Shown: positions 9,486-20,500, numbered from the stretch's first letter. The stretch: 64,000 nt of DNA from a virus (IMGVR_UViG_3300001869_000005:33973-97972); one strand, 5' to 3'. The notes: generated by a model not told the origin, from the letters alone. Program-made: numbers and translations.

Positions 9486-10524
9486 AAAGAGTATTAAGGA
9501 ATTGGCATGGGATGTTCCAGAAGATGTTTATAGGGCTTCCCCAGCTTTTTCTTATTCAACATTAGCAACTTTTGAAAGAGAAGGTGCTAAATGTATTCCC
9601 CATCTACATGATAAAAAGAATTCGGAACCATTACGTTTTGGTTCTTTAGTAGATACACTATTAACTGCTCCTGAAGAAATGGATGATAAGTTCTTCATTG
9701 TTAAAATAAGTAAACCATCTGAAGCAATTGCTTCAATTGCAAATTTAATTTGGGAGCAAAGTGATAAATCCATTAAAGTTTTAACACAGTTTCCAGGAGA
9801 AATAATTTTAAAAGCAGCAAATGAAGTTGGTTATGGTATGTTTTGGAAAGACACTACCCGGTTAGATAAAATTATAGGAGAAGGTTCCACTTATTTTAAA
9901 CAACTGGCCTTAGCAGGAAATAAGATGATTATTTCAGATGCAGATTATGCATTGGGTCAATCAAATGTTGAAACACTCAAATTAAATAAATTTACAAAAG
10001 ATTTATTTTATGATAATCCATTTGAAACAGACATTGAAGCTCACTATCAATTGAAATTTAAAACTTCGTTTGATAATTTAGAGGTTAGATGCATGATGGA
10101 TCGCGTAATTTGTGATCATAACAAGAAAATCATTTATCCAATTGATTTAAAAACTACAGGCAAGCCAGAAGAAGTATTCTATGAATCCTTTATAACGTGG
10201 TCTTATTGGATACAAAGCAACATGTACTCCCAAATTCTGGAAAAAGTAATTTCTGAAGATGAATATTTCAAAGATTTTACAATTTATCCTTTTGAATTTG
10301 TATGTATTAACCGTTATAATAAATCTCCTCTCATTTGGGTAGACAATAATAACCTTACTACAGGAGATAGATTAGATAAGAATAATATACGCCATAAGTA
10401 TTGGAAAACCCTCGCAAAGGAGCTTAAATGGCATTTAGATAGTGGTATTTTTAACTATTCCTATGACTCTATTATGAGCAATGGAATAAGAGTACTGAAC
10501 AGTATAAAAGTTATAGATGAGTAA
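9478..10524 (+). CDS. PD-(D/E)XK exonuclease (ExoVIII/RecB/Cas4-like)
   Basis: SYSTL, FGSLVD, RCMMD, IDLKTT, YxxQxxxY. Confidence 0.8.
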   Translation: MIKKSIKELAWDVPEDVYRASPAFSYSTLATFEREGAKCIPHLHDKKNSEPLRFGSLVDTLLTAPEEMDDKFFIVKISKPSEAIASIANLIWEQSDKSIKVLTQFPGEIILKAANEVGYGMFWKDTTRLDKIIGEGSTYFKQLALAGNKMIISDADYALGQSNVETLKLNKFTKDLFYDNPFETDIEAHYQLKFKTSFDNLEVRCMMDRVICDHNKKIIYPIDLKTTGKPEEVFYESFITWSYWIQSNMYSQILEKVISEDEYFKDFTIYPFEFVCINRYNKSPLIWVDNNNLTTGDRLDKNNIRHKYWKTLAKELKWHLDSGIFNYSYDSIMSNGIRVLNSIKVIDE

Positions 10525-10564
10525 AAATTGTTTTAAATATAAATATTATACTAATAATTAAAAT

Positions 10565-11125
10565 ATGATAGGAAGCGTAATAACTACAATCCTCGTTCTC
10601 AGTGTGTTGTATATGTTTGGAAAGATGTTTGTAAAACATCTCAAAGCAGTAATGAAAGAAGAATTTCAATATTACTTTGGATTTATAAAAAAGAATACAA
10701 CTACTTATCAATATACAGTTTCTTTTAAAGAAGTGTATGAAAAAGATGGCTTAAATTTACCTGTATTAAAGGTAAAAATAGGAAATAAAAAGTGTAATTT
10801 ACTATTAGATAGTGGTGCAAATGTTAATATTTTAAACAAATCTGTTTTTGATGCAGTTAATGTAGAGAATAAATTAGTATTAGAAAATGAAGAAGACCCT
10901 ATAATTTTTGGAGGAGGCTCCTCAAAATCAGATGGTATTGCACAAATACCATTTTCTTATAAAACTATTAAATTCAATGAAACATTTGATGTTATGGATT
11001 TAAGTGAATGTTTTGATAAGGTCTCTCCAAATAATATTACAATAGACGGAGTTTTAGGAAATAAATTCTTTAAAGATAACCAATGGTCTTTGGACTTTGA
11101 TAAAATGATTGTATGGGTGAAATAA
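10565..11125 (+). CDS. membrane-anchored retropepsin-like aspartyl protease
   Basis: N-terminal hydrophobic helix; LLDSGA catalytic motif; DGVLG..F. Confidence 0.8.
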   Translation: MIGSVITTILVLSVLYMFGKMFVKHLKAVMKEEFQYYFGFIKKNTTTYQYTVSFKEVYEKDGLNLPVLKVKIGNKKCNLLLDSGANVNILNKSVFDAVNVENKLVLENEEDPIIFGGGSSKSDGIAQIPFSYKTIKFNETFDVMDLSECFDKVSPNNITIDGVLGNKFFKDNQWSLDFDKMIVWVK

Positions 11126-11376
11126 TTAAGTTAAAATCTAGAAACAATGAAACAAGTTTAATACAATTACATCCTTTAAATACAGATAAGGAAAGTAAAA
11201 CATATAAACTTGTAACTAATGCTGAATACATGAGATGTGGTTACACAGACAATGGTCTAATGTTTATAGATCCTCCTGGTGGGCCCTTTCTACAAGTAGG
11301 TGAAAGTATAAACAATAGAGTTATTAAAAGTATAGACCATTCTTATGAAGTAGGATATCTTATAACTTTTGAATGA
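11113..11376 (+). CDS. hypothetical protein
   Basis: 87 aa, overlaps both neighbours; FIDPPGGP motif. Confidence 0.65.
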   Translation: MGEIIKLKSRNNETSLIQLHPLNTDKESKTYKLVTNAEYMRCGYTDNGLMFIDPPGGPFLQVGESINNRVIKSIDHSYEVGYLITFE

Positions 11377-13433
11377 AAAAATATCTAGTAACAAATCAAT
11401 TTAAGTTATTTGAGTCTGAGGCATATACCTGTATTTCTGCAGAAGAATCTTTGCAATTATTAGATAAATTAAAAATAATTGGAGTAGATACAGAAACAGA
11501 TGGATTTGACGTTTTTACTAAAGCGTTAAAGTCTGTCCAATTGGGTTGTTTTGATTTTCAAATAATGATAGATTGTAGTACAGTTGATATACTGGCCTAT
11601 AAAGAATTTTTAGAAAGAAAAGATAAACTATTTTTATTTTGGAATGCTAAATTTGATCTAAAATTCCTGTATAAGAAAGGAATAGTCCCAAAAAAAATCT
11701 ATGATGGTTATCTTGCGGAAAGATTATTATGGCAAGGGTATAAACCAGGAAGTCATTCTATGAGTCTAGCTTCCGCTTCTGAAAATTATTTAGGAATACA
11801 TATGGATAAATCCGTTAGGGGTGAAATTATCTACAGGGACATTAATGAAAGCATTGTAGTTTACGGTTGTACGGATGTAAAATACTTAGAGAAAATAAAA
11901 GAATTACAAGAGATAGAATTGATTAAACAAAATCTATTAACGGCCCTTACAATAGAAAATGAATTTGTTAAAGTTTTGTCGTATATTGAATACAGTGGCA
12001 TTAAATTGGATCCCATTAAATGGAGGGCCAAAATGGACAAAGATCAGTATAACCTGGAAGAAGCCATTGTAAACATTAATAATTGGATTATAAACGCAAG
12101 TAAACAAGATCCTTTTTTACATAAATATGTTAAAATAGACAAACAAGGGGATTTATGGTCTGGATTTAACGATACGCCAGTGTGTATAATTAATTGGAAT
12201 TCGTCCAAGCAATTAATACCTTTATTTGAGCATCTTGGATTTGATTTATCCACAAAAGATAAAAAAACAGGATTAATTAAAAAATCAGTAGAAGCTAAAA
12301 TCATAGACATACAAAAAGATAAATCTACAATTACTATCCCCTATTTGGAATATACTAGTAGGGCTAAAGTGGTTAGCACTTATGGGCAAACTTTTATTAA
12401 TCAGATTAATCCAATAACTCATAGAATTCACACTCAATTTAATCAACTAATGGACACTGGTCGATTAAGTTGTGGGGGAAAAAATAAAAATACCAGGGAA
12501 GAATATGTGAATATTCAAAATTTACCCTCAGATGAGGAAACTAGACATAGTTTTGTTGCCCAAGAAGGCTATAGCCTCATAGACTGCGATTATACTGCCC
12601 AAGAGGATTTTGTTTTTACAGAATTATCCCAAGAGCCTAAATTAATTGAGTTCTACAACGATATTAAAAGAAAAAGAGATGGGCATAGTTTTGTAGCTAA
12701 AATTTGTTTTCCTGCGGAATTGGCTGATTTAGAAGAAGAGGAAGTTAAAGAGAAAAGACCCGATTTAAGGGCTTTGGCTAAAAAAGCTAAATTTAGTATT
12801 CATTATGGGGGTAACGGTTCCACAATTGCCAAAAACTTATCTCTACCAGAAGAACAGGGTTACGGTATTGAAAAAGCCTATCTTAGTGGATTTAGCAATA
12901 TTAATAACTACTTCAAACAGGTTAAAAAAGATATGTGGGATAAAGGATATATTTTAATATCTTCTTTAACTGGCCATAAAATGTTTATACCCAATTGGGA
13001 AGAATTAAAAGAAGAAGAGGCTTGTTTTAATAATGAATTTTGGGAACAATATAAGTTAATTAAAAGAGTTTGGGTTGAGAGTGGTGCCGACATAGAAAAT
13101 AAACCAAAGATGATGCAAAGAATAAGTCAATTCTTTAAGTCTAAAAGTGGATACGAAAGAAATTCATTAAATGCCCCAGTACAAGGAACAAGCGCCATTA
13201 TTACAAAAATAGCGGGAATTAAATACTTCAATCATCTTGTAGATAATAATTTGTTATTTAAGGTGTGGATTCCAAATTGTGTACACGATGAATACTTAGT
13301 AGAAACTCCAGATGAACTAATCAAACAAGAATCTAAGGCTCTGCAAATAGCAATGAATAGTGCTGGGGACATATTCTGTAAATCTGTTAAATTAAGGGCT
13401 GTACCAGAAGTTGCAAAATGTTGGGTACATTAA
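11373..13433 (+). CDS. polA: DNA polymerase family A with 3'-5' exonuclease
   Basis: VDTET, NAKFD, TGRLS, motif A DYTAQE, motif B RALAKKAKFSIHYG, NAPVQGTSA, motif C VHDE. Confidence 0.95.
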   Translation: MKKYLVTNQFKLFESEAYTCISAEESLQLLDKLKIIGVDTETDGFDVFTKALKSVQLGCFDFQIMIDCSTVDILAYKEFLERKDKLFLFWNAKFDLKFLYKKGIVPKKIYDGYLAERLLWQGYKPGSHSMSLASASENYLGIHMDKSVRGEIIYRDINESIVVYGCTDVKYLEKIKELQEIELIKQNLLTALTIENEFVKVLSYIEYSGIKLDPIKWRAKMDKDQYNLEEAIVNINNWIINASKQDPFLHKYVKIDKQGDLWSGFNDTPVCIINWNSSKQLIPLFEHLGFDLSTKDKKTGLIKKSVEAKIIDIQKDKSTITIPYLEYTSRAKVVSTYGQTFINQINPITHRIHTQFNQLMDTGRLSCGGKNKNTREEYVNIQNLPSDEETRHSFVAQEGYSLIDCDYTAQEDFVFTELSQEPKLIEFYNDIKRKRDGHSFVAKICFPAELADLEEEEVKEKRPDLRALAKKAKFSIHYGGNGSTIAKNLSLPEEQGYGIEKAYLSGFSNINNYFKQVKKDMWDKGYILISSLTGHKMFIPNWEELKEEEACFNNEFWEQYKLIKRVWVESGADIENKPKMMQRISQFFKSKSGYERNSLNAPVQGTSAIITKIAGIKYFNHLVDNNLLFKVWIPNCVHDEYLVETPDELIKQESKALQIAMNSAGDIFCKSVKLRAVPEVAKCWVH

Positions 13434-13466
13434 GATTGGCAATCAAATTTATTTTAAAATTAAAAT

Positions 13467-13781
13467 ATGGAAGAAATAATAAAAGAATTAAATAATTTAA
13501 AAATTCTTCAAAAAAGTGGAGAGTGGGTAGAAGATTTACCAGAAGAATTATACGAAAAATATTTTAAACGTAATTGCATTGATGAAGAAATAGACATTGA
13601 GAAACACCGATGGTATGAAACATCTATTTCAGTTTATGATACTTCTAAAGGTTTAATAGGAGTAAGACACGCTTCTCAACTCTACTCAGAATCATCAATG
13701 TGGGAAGATTTAGGATATACTATCAAATTTTTTGAAATGGAGTCATTTGAAATAATCACTTTTAGGAAAAAATATGAGTGA
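13467..13781 (+). CDS. hypothetical protein
   Basis: 104-aa acidic ORF with HRWYE motif. Confidence 0.65.
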   Translation: MEEIIKELNNLKILQKSGEWVEDLPEELYEKYFKRNCIDEEIDIEKHRWYETSISVYDTSKGLIGVRHASQLYSESSMWEDLGYTIKFFEMESFEIITFRKKYE

Positions 13782-14079
13782 AGAAAAATCTATAAGATAC
13801 AACGAGGGCAAACCAAAGTGGAGTCTAGTTCATTACGACTCCCTTATACCAATGATAAGAGTTCTTGAATTTGGAGCTAAAAAATATGCTCCATTCAATT
13901 GGCAAAAAGGATTAGATTTAAAAGAAATTCTTGAATCTATGCAACGCCATCTAGCAAAACTTATGGATAATGAGGAAATAGATACAGAATCTGGAATATC
14001 TCATATGGGTCATATCCAAGCAAATGCAATGTTTTATAATTATCATAAAAATAAAGAAAACATCTTAAAAGATCTATAA
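13774..14079 (+). CDS. dATP/dGTP diphosphohydrolase domain protein (DUF5664-like)
   Basis: YNEGKPKWSL, FGAKKY..NWQKG, RHL, D.ESG..H..H...NAMF. Confidence 0.85.
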   Translation: MSEEKSIRYNEGKPKWSLVHYDSLIPMIRVLEFGAKKYAPFNWQKGLDLKEILESMQRHLAKLMDNEEIDTESGISHMGHIQANAMFYNYHKNKENILKDL

Positions 14080-14080
14080 T

Positions 14081-14263
14081 ATGGTGGTAAAACAAGAACA
14101 CTCCTTATGCATACAAATAAGTGATGAAAAAGAATATTATATATTTTATGCTATAATTGAAAAAATTCTTGCAAAAAATAAGGAAATAGGATTTAATAGA
14201 TATAAATTAACCGCAGAAGAATCTGCCTTTTTAGAAGAACTTTATGAAAACATTAAAAAATGA
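14081..14263 (+). CDS. hypothetical protein
   Basis: 60 aa, tightly packed, ATGA overlap with next gene. Confidence 0.55.
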   Translation: MVVKQEHSLCIQISDEKEYYIFYAIIEKILAKNKEIGFNRYKLTAEESAFLEELYENIKK

Positions 14264-15159
14264 AATTACTATCACCTTCTTTTAATATAATAGAGCAAGA
14301 AAATAATTATAATCTCTACAAACATATTGCACACTGTTATTCAAGTGTGTATAAACAACCAACTCCTTCAACAGCAGAAGGTTGTGAAAAACTTGTAGAA
14401 TTATGTGAAGACAGTAAAAATTATAAAATTCTTGCACATGGAGCAGTGTATCTTGTTTTACCTCTAATGAATCACTATGTAGATAAATACAAAGATGGGA
14501 TAAAGTGCCATTGTTATGAAAGTATTGGGGACAGTAAGTTATATGTTACAACAACCTATGACCAGATAATAATAAATAATTATTACACTGACTTAGCATA
14601 TCTTTCAAGATATACACCTCTACATGAGAAATTTGTAACAATAAAATTTGTTGTTGATAAAATAAGTGCGACTCGTTTGTGCAATGCTGGTGAAAAATTT
14701 AATATAACCTCCAGTTCCCTATTTTCATTTGCTGAAAAAAAAGATGTTTCTTTTATAATCCCATCATGGGCTTCTATCGAAGAAGGTTCATATACACCAA
14801 TTATTATTAATGGAGTTAAGAAGTATAAAAACCCCCTAAATGAGACTAATTATAGTTGGTGTAAAAATGATAGCACTGAGAAATTAACTGAGGAACAAGA
14901 GAATTCTATTAAACAGCAAAATACTTCTTATGGTTTTTTAAACAGACGGTCTGAAATAGAAGAAAAAATAAAAGACATGTCTAACAATAAAGATTTTAAA
15001 TTAGCAAACTATAAGAACTTCTTAGGTCATTTTGGAGTATATGAATTAGTTATGACCGCAACTCTAGCAGATTGGAAAAAATTTACAAATACAAAAATAC
15101 TAACTATCGGAGGGACAACGCTAAATCAACTCTTCTTATTAATTCAATCACAATTATGA
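14260..15159 (+). CDS. ThyX (flavin-dependent thymidylate synthase)-like protein lacking the catalytic signature
   Basis: N-terminus, HGAVYL, HEK.VTIKF, FIIPSW and ELVMT...W.KF match the phage ThyX layout, but RHRxxSxxxxSxR is absent. Confidence 0.6.
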   Translation: MKLLSPSFNIIEQENNYNLYKHIAHCYSSVYKQPTPSTAEGCEKLVELCEDSKNYKILAHGAVYLVLPLMNHYVDKYKDGIKCHCYESIGDSKLYVTTTYDQIIINNYYTDLAYLSRYTPLHEKFVTIKFVVDKISATRLCNAGEKFNITSSSLFSFAEKKDVSFIIPSWASIEEGSYTPIIINGVKKYKNPLNETNYSWCKNDSTEKLTEEQENSIKQQNTSYGFLNRRSEIEEKIKDMSNNKDFKLANYKNFLGHFGVYELVMTATLADWKKFTNTKILTIGGTTLNQLFLLIQSQL

Positions 15160-15326
15160 ATGTAAAATTTTGTGAAAATAATAAACAAATTAAGCAAAGA
15201 AATTTAAAATTATTGCCAATGAGAGGAGATTTAATATCTTTTGATAAAAAAGATTATTATGTTGTTGATTCTATTGAACATCATTATGAATTAAATTGCA
15301 TAATTATAAGACTTACAAAAATATGA
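15156..15326 (+). CDS. hypothetical protein (56 aa)
   Basis: ATG at 15156 overlaps upstream TGA; ATGA-coupled on both sides. Confidence 0.55.
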   Translation: MNVKFCENNKQIKQRNLKLLPMRGDLISFDKKDYYVVDSIEHHYELNCIIIRLTKI

Positions 15327-16093
15327 AAGTAATAACTATAGGAGATGTGCATGGGGAAAGTGTTATTTGGAAAATAGCAGATTTAAAAAAACTCCAAGAA
15401 TCTCCTAAAGAAATCCCTCAATACGATGCATATATTTTTTTAGGAGATTATGTAGATACATATAATCCTCTTTTAAAAGCTCCTAAAATTATTAGTAATT
15501 TTAAGAAAATAATTCAATTAAAACAGAATTATCCCGATAATGTAATTTTACTTCTAGGAAATCATGATTTGGCCTATTTATTAGGACATTTCTTATTTCC
15601 TTGTAGTGGGCATGATCGTAACTATGACAAAGAAATTCAAAAGTTATTTTTAGATAATATTGAATTGTTTTGTCCTCTATATTCACTTAATAATTACGTA
15701 TTTACCCATGCAGGGATATCTCAAAAATGGTTAGATAGATTTAATTTTACACATGGTATTAAAACCTCTTCTATTCCAGTAAAAACTATAAATAATAGTT
15801 TCTATAAAGCTATAGCAGACAAAAATCATATGGATGTAAGTGATCCAATATTTGATTGTGGGATGATTAGAGGGGGAGGAAACATAGTCGGAGGCATATT
15901 TTGGGCAGATTTTAGAGAAACTTTTAAAGACATTGTCCCAGGGTATAAACAAATTGTTGGGCATACCCCAGTTAAAAAAATCGTGACACTAGATAACAAA
16001 AAGGAGGAAGACTCTTTTGGTAGTATTACCTATATAAATACCATCCCAACAGATGGACCACTTGAATCTATGTATTTAGAATTAGATATTTAA
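15323..16093 (+). CDS. calcineurin-like metallophosphoesterase
   Basis: GDVHG, GDYVD, GNHD, HAG, GHT; ATG 15323 preferred. Confidence 0.9.
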   Translation: MKVITIGDVHGESVIWKIADLKKLQESPKEIPQYDAYIFLGDYVDTYNPLLKAPKIISNFKKIIQLKQNYPDNVILLLGNHDLAYLLGHFLFPCSGHDRNYDKEIQKLFLDNIELFCPLYSLNNYVFTHAGISQKWLDRFNFTHGIKTSSIPVKTINNSFYKAIADKNHMDVSDPIFDCGMIRGGGNIVGGIFWADFRETFKDIVPGYKQIVGHTPVKKIVTLDNKKEEDSFGSITYINTIPTDGPLESMYLELDI

Positions 16094-16128
16094 TTACTGT
16101 TTTCATTAAAGGGTTTTACAGTAATAAC

Positions 16129-16164
16129 AAAAAGAAGGGTAATTTAATTATTACTCTTCTTTTT
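16129..16164 (+). terminator. intrinsic terminator (possibly bidirectional)
   Basis: AAAAAGAAGGGTAAT-ttaatt-ATTACTCTTCTTTTT inverted repeat. Confidence 0.7.
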
Positions 16165-16201
16165 AAATTAATTTTAATTAACCAAAAAATATAAAAACAA
16201 G

Positions 16202-16396
16202 ATGAAAAATCAGACTTGCGAATATAAATATAAAATAGGATGTACAGCATATTGTGAAATAAGACACAATAATTGCACTCCATGCACAGAGGTCGTAAGC
16301 AGGTGCAATGAAGCTAAACTTATCGACAGTAGAAAAACACCTAAAATGTATTATTCATTTAAAGATAGGTCACTTAAAGAATCTATAAAGCCATGA
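16202..16396 (+). CDS. small Cys-rich hypothetical protein
   Basis: 64 aa with 6 Cys including CxxC. Confidence 0.6.
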   Translation: MKNQTCEYKYKIGCTAYCEIRHNNCTPCTEVVSRCNEAKLIDSRKTPKMYYSFKDRSLKESIKP

Positions 16397-16596
16397 CCGA
16401 ACATAAAATTGGCGAAGTGTTTCTGGATACAGAGAAATTTCATGAGCCTAAAAAGGTAAAACGTATTCAAGGGAGTAACCTAAAGTCAAACTGCAGGCTA
16501 TGCGTATACTATGGTAAATCCGCAAAAATTTGCGCTAATGTTTTTTGCGAAGGAGTGTTTTATATTGAAACAGACGAACCATTAACAACTGAATAA
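16393..16596 (+). CDS. small Cys-rich hypothetical protein
   Basis: CxxC...CxxxxC, ATGA-coupled. Confidence 0.6.
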   Translation: MTEHKIGEVFLDTEKFHEPKKVKRIQGSNLKSNCRLCVYYGKSAKICANVFCEGVFYIETDEPLTTE

Positions 16597-16766
16597 TGAA
16601 AACACTTGAAAAAAATACTTTGAAACTGCTGAAGGTTAACAGAAGCGATTACAACAAGGCATATATTGACATTGAAAGCATTTTACTTGATGTCTATAAT
16701 CAAGGGCGAATGGTTGGTAAAAAAGAGGGAAAGAAGTTACTGAAAATCTTAATTAAACAGTTATGA
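16596..16766 (+). CDS. hypothetical protein (56 aa, not in ORF track)
   Basis: MKTLEKNTLK...LIKQL-TGA; overlaps both neighbours by TAATG / ATGA. Confidence 0.6.
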   Translation: MKTLEKNTLKLLKVNRSDYNKAYIDIESILLDVYNQGRMVGKKEGKKLLKILIKQL

Positions 16767-17479
16767 TACAGCAAGAAAAAGAACGGAAGGATATAATCAG
16801 AGCCGTAACAGAACTTTATAATGGCGTTGATAAGATTGATTTATCAGCATTGGTAGAATGTGTTTTACAAAGACAGAGTGAACTCCACAAACTTAGTGAA
16901 GAAAGTAAAGCAAAGATTACGGAACTTTTATGGGCGTTTTCCTGTGACGCATCCTCTGATCCAAAAGAAATCACAGAGGAAATCATACGCATTGCGTCAA
17001 TGGGTTATCCATCCGAAAATATCCAGGTTGAACCTCTGACATTTAGGGATCAGGATGCGCCAATGAAAAAATTAGTTGTACCGAGTACGGGAACTGGGAA
17101 AATGGGTATTACACACCCTAAAGTTATAGTAGAAGTTAGTGCCCCACCATCCGACCTTATTGGACAGGCAGATAAAGAGTTGATTGAGAAAATAGAAACA
17201 ATACTTGATCATAATTCAATTGAGGTAACAAAAGGAAATTACGCAACGGGAGAATTTGCCGTTGATAGCTCCGATTTTATTACTGTCGCTACTGAAATTG
17301 CCCAATTTCTACCATCTATGGTGAGCAAAGAACAGATGCTTGAATTTTCTATTTTTTGCCAAGATTATGAATTTATTAATGGTGAGTGGTACTATAAATA
17401 TGGGCATGGATCACATTTTACAAATGATCAATTTTATAAACAATTTGAAAAAATTAACATTAAAAAAGGGAAAGTCTAA
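16763..17479 (+). CDS. hypothetical protein
   Basis: 238-aa ORF, last gene of the + arm. Confidence 0.65.
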   Translation: MIQQEKERKDIIRAVTELYNGVDKIDLSALVECVLQRQSELHKLSEESKAKITELLWAFSCDASSDPKEITEEIIRIASMGYPSENIQVEPLTFRDQDAPMKKLVVPSTGTGKMGITHPKVIVEVSAPPSDLIGQADKELIEKIETILDHNSIEVTKGNYATGEFAVDSSDFITVATEIAQFLPSMVSKEQMLEFSIFCQDYEFINGEWYYKYGHGSHFTNDQFYKQFEKINIKKGKV

Positions 17480-17503
17480 ATGACTCTCCCTTTTCTTTTT
17501 TTT
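17462..17503. terminator. bidirectional terminator between convergent genome arms
   Basis: AAAAAAGGGAAAGTC-taaat-GACTCTCCCTTTTCTTTTT, A-tract before and T-tract after. Confidence 0.8.
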
Positions 17504-17520
17504 ACCACTCGTTTGTTTTA

Positions 17521-20500
17521 TTAATTCACTTTCAAGAACACCAATGCTTGATCTGGATTAAACACCTTATACAAGGTTCTATTCATTGGAACTGTTTCTA
17601 ACCAGAATTTCTCACCTTTATACATTCCTTTATATCTGCCACTCTAAATTTTATCCCCATAGTTAAAGATATTAAACACTTCTAAGACTCTCTGTACATA
17701 ATCACTTGCCGCAGCAGGAGATTTAACAATAGTCATTAACTACTTAGGTAATAACCAAGTAGGAGTCATAGCGCCAATTTCAGTCTATAAACGCCTCAAT
17801 TCATACTCAGCAAAGTGACTAAACCATGTATCTTCATCTGGCCATTCAACTAATCCAAGAGATAGGGTCAACAATGCAAATGTACCAAGTTCAGTAAAAG
17901 CTCGTTTAATATTACTCTTTTCTAATTTAGATAATTTGCCCCATTCCTCGCTTACAAGTGCAAACTAGAAACCTTTTAAATCTTTAGCAAATGATGCCAT
18001 AAAATTATAAAATGATCTATAATATCCTTCTGTCCAATCTCCTGCCTAATAGTTATATTGGGCTTTACCAGCCCTTCTATTCCAAGCCGCTGGCATCCAC
18101 TTTCTAAACATATAAACTAGTCGCATGATAGCATACTTCTAGCTCATATTCATGTCTTGCTTATTGTAGATTCCCTATAGTGATTGATTTACATATTTAA
18201 TTCTATTATAAATTTCGTCTCTATCTTTATTAGTGAATTCACTTCCGTCTAATTTGGTGTAACCCTTTTTAACAACTAATTTACCACCAAATTTTAAATC
18301 AGTTCCTTTAAATGGAACTACTTCCATTGCATCAATTAAATCTACTTCTTTTCCAGAAGAATCTTTCATTTTAATCTTACTCAACATTGCTAATCCAGAT
18401 ACACTAGACATCTAATGTTCACCAGCACGAGTAAGGAAGAAAAGAGTGCTTGTATTCATAAATCTTGCTAAACCCTTCTGATCCATCTATAATTCGTTGG
18501 CCCTACTTTCTGCATCCTGTGCAATATTGAAGTATTCTATTATAAGTGACAATTTATCTGTTTTAATTCTATTTCCAATATTTCCTAATAGACCCGGTAA
18601 CATCTATGTATATGTCTTATTTGCTTTAGCTAAATCCTTTATGTTGTAGTATTGACCAGAAACCGCTTCAATCATCATCATTACATTACCTGTAGCCATA
18701 TTGGAAGTACCAGCTAATGCATTCAATGCTAAATTATTAAGCGAGGTCATTCTATTTACAAAATCTGCAGTTTTACCTTTATCTATTTTACTATTTCCAA
18801 ATGTACCCTCATCTTCTTTGAATCTACCATAAATCTACATATCCATATAGTCATTGAACTTAGCAAGTGTATTAGAAGCACTCGACTACTTAGTCATTTT
18901 ATTACTAAATTCTCTACCATATCCTTGAATAGTCTACATAACAGGTTTACCGTTTTCAGTTATGTCTACAACTCGCCTTTTCATTACATCTCTGGTTAAT
19001 TCTAAAAGATGTATTGCTGAACTCATTTCATTAAATTCTACAGCCATACTTGCATATGCGGCTAATGAGGAAGTAGCATCTGTAGACAAGTCGTTCATAT
19101 TATCTAGTTTACTTACAAAATAGATTGGTAAAGTCATTACTTTATTACCTTCAAAATCTATAAGATTTGATTTATCCATTAACTATTCACCGCCAAATTC
19201 AATATCTTTTTCTCTCCTATAAAGTAAATCTTTGGCGCTTTCTGTAACTGTATTAAACGCCCCTTTTACAGATTTAGAACCTTTAATTCGTTCAATTAAA
19301 TCTCTACGAATCTATACAGCATTGTAATTGTTTCCAGACCCTTGTGGTAAGAATGAATCCAATTCTTTTTTAATGCGCATAAAATTATCATAATATTCTT
19401 TCTATGCAGCATTTAGTTTATTATATTTATCTGAAGCATATATACTTCTGTCGGGTAGACTATTTTCATCAACCGTTTCTGTATTAGCCTAATACCAATC
19501 ATATAAATCTTTCTATCTAGCTTCCCACTATTCTTGAGTAGGATGTAATCCATATTTAACATCAAGTCTTTTTCTCTCCGCATCTTTGGCCATTTCAAAG
19601 GCAGTATAATCTAATTCAGCAATGTATTTGCCAGTCAAATTACCATCCTTATCTCTATCATGCATAAAATCTGTGTTTTTGAATCCTTTAGATTCTAACA
19701 CTGCTTGCATTGATTGTAATTCTTTAATGTAATCTAATGTCCTTCTAATAGAATTCTATTTAAATGAATCAACACTGTGATTAAACAGCCTTAACATCTA
19801 ATCAGATGAATCGGCCATAGAGTCCATCCATCTGTCAAAGAAACCAATATCCTATGAGGAGTGGTCTAACAGTTCTTCTAAAGTAATAGTTTGTCCTTTT
19901 AACTTACCCATCTTCATTACTAAAGAGTCCCCTACAAAGGGTCTAAAAAAGTCTAATGCTAATGCATAACTAATATCCTTATACTATACATCTAATGCTA
20001 TACATAAGTCTGACAATTCTGATAAATTCCTCTTTAATTCATCTGGAAACTATTTAGTATCTTCCAAAGTATCTCTAGCAGCCTCATCTCTTAACTCTTT
20101 TACACTTTGACCATAAGATGCTGTAAAATTCTTAATAGTTCTTAACATACCCGCCATCTAATTTGTGGTTGTAGCACCACTAGTACCATCCTACATTTTA
20201 ACAAACGTAGCCTAATGAGACTTCAATTCAGTCGCAGCATTGGTAATAAACATATTTATACCATTGATAAATTGACCTTTTTCAATCTCATCATTTAATC
20301 CATTTATATAATCAGTGTTTAATTCCTCTACAATACCATGAATTTCCCTTTTTTCTGCAATCTTTTTCTATTTAATCTTATTCTAAATGATTGTAGTGAG
20401 AATTTCTTTCTATTTCTCCACCCTATCTTCTAGGGCAAATAATTTAGTTCTATTTCTCTATAGATTCTTTATATCAATCTAATCTGCAACTCTATTAGCT

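Noticed and set aside
2149-15964. Short - strand and off-frame ORFs in the early arm
   Set aside because: They overlap well-supported + strand enzymes and have no independent signal.
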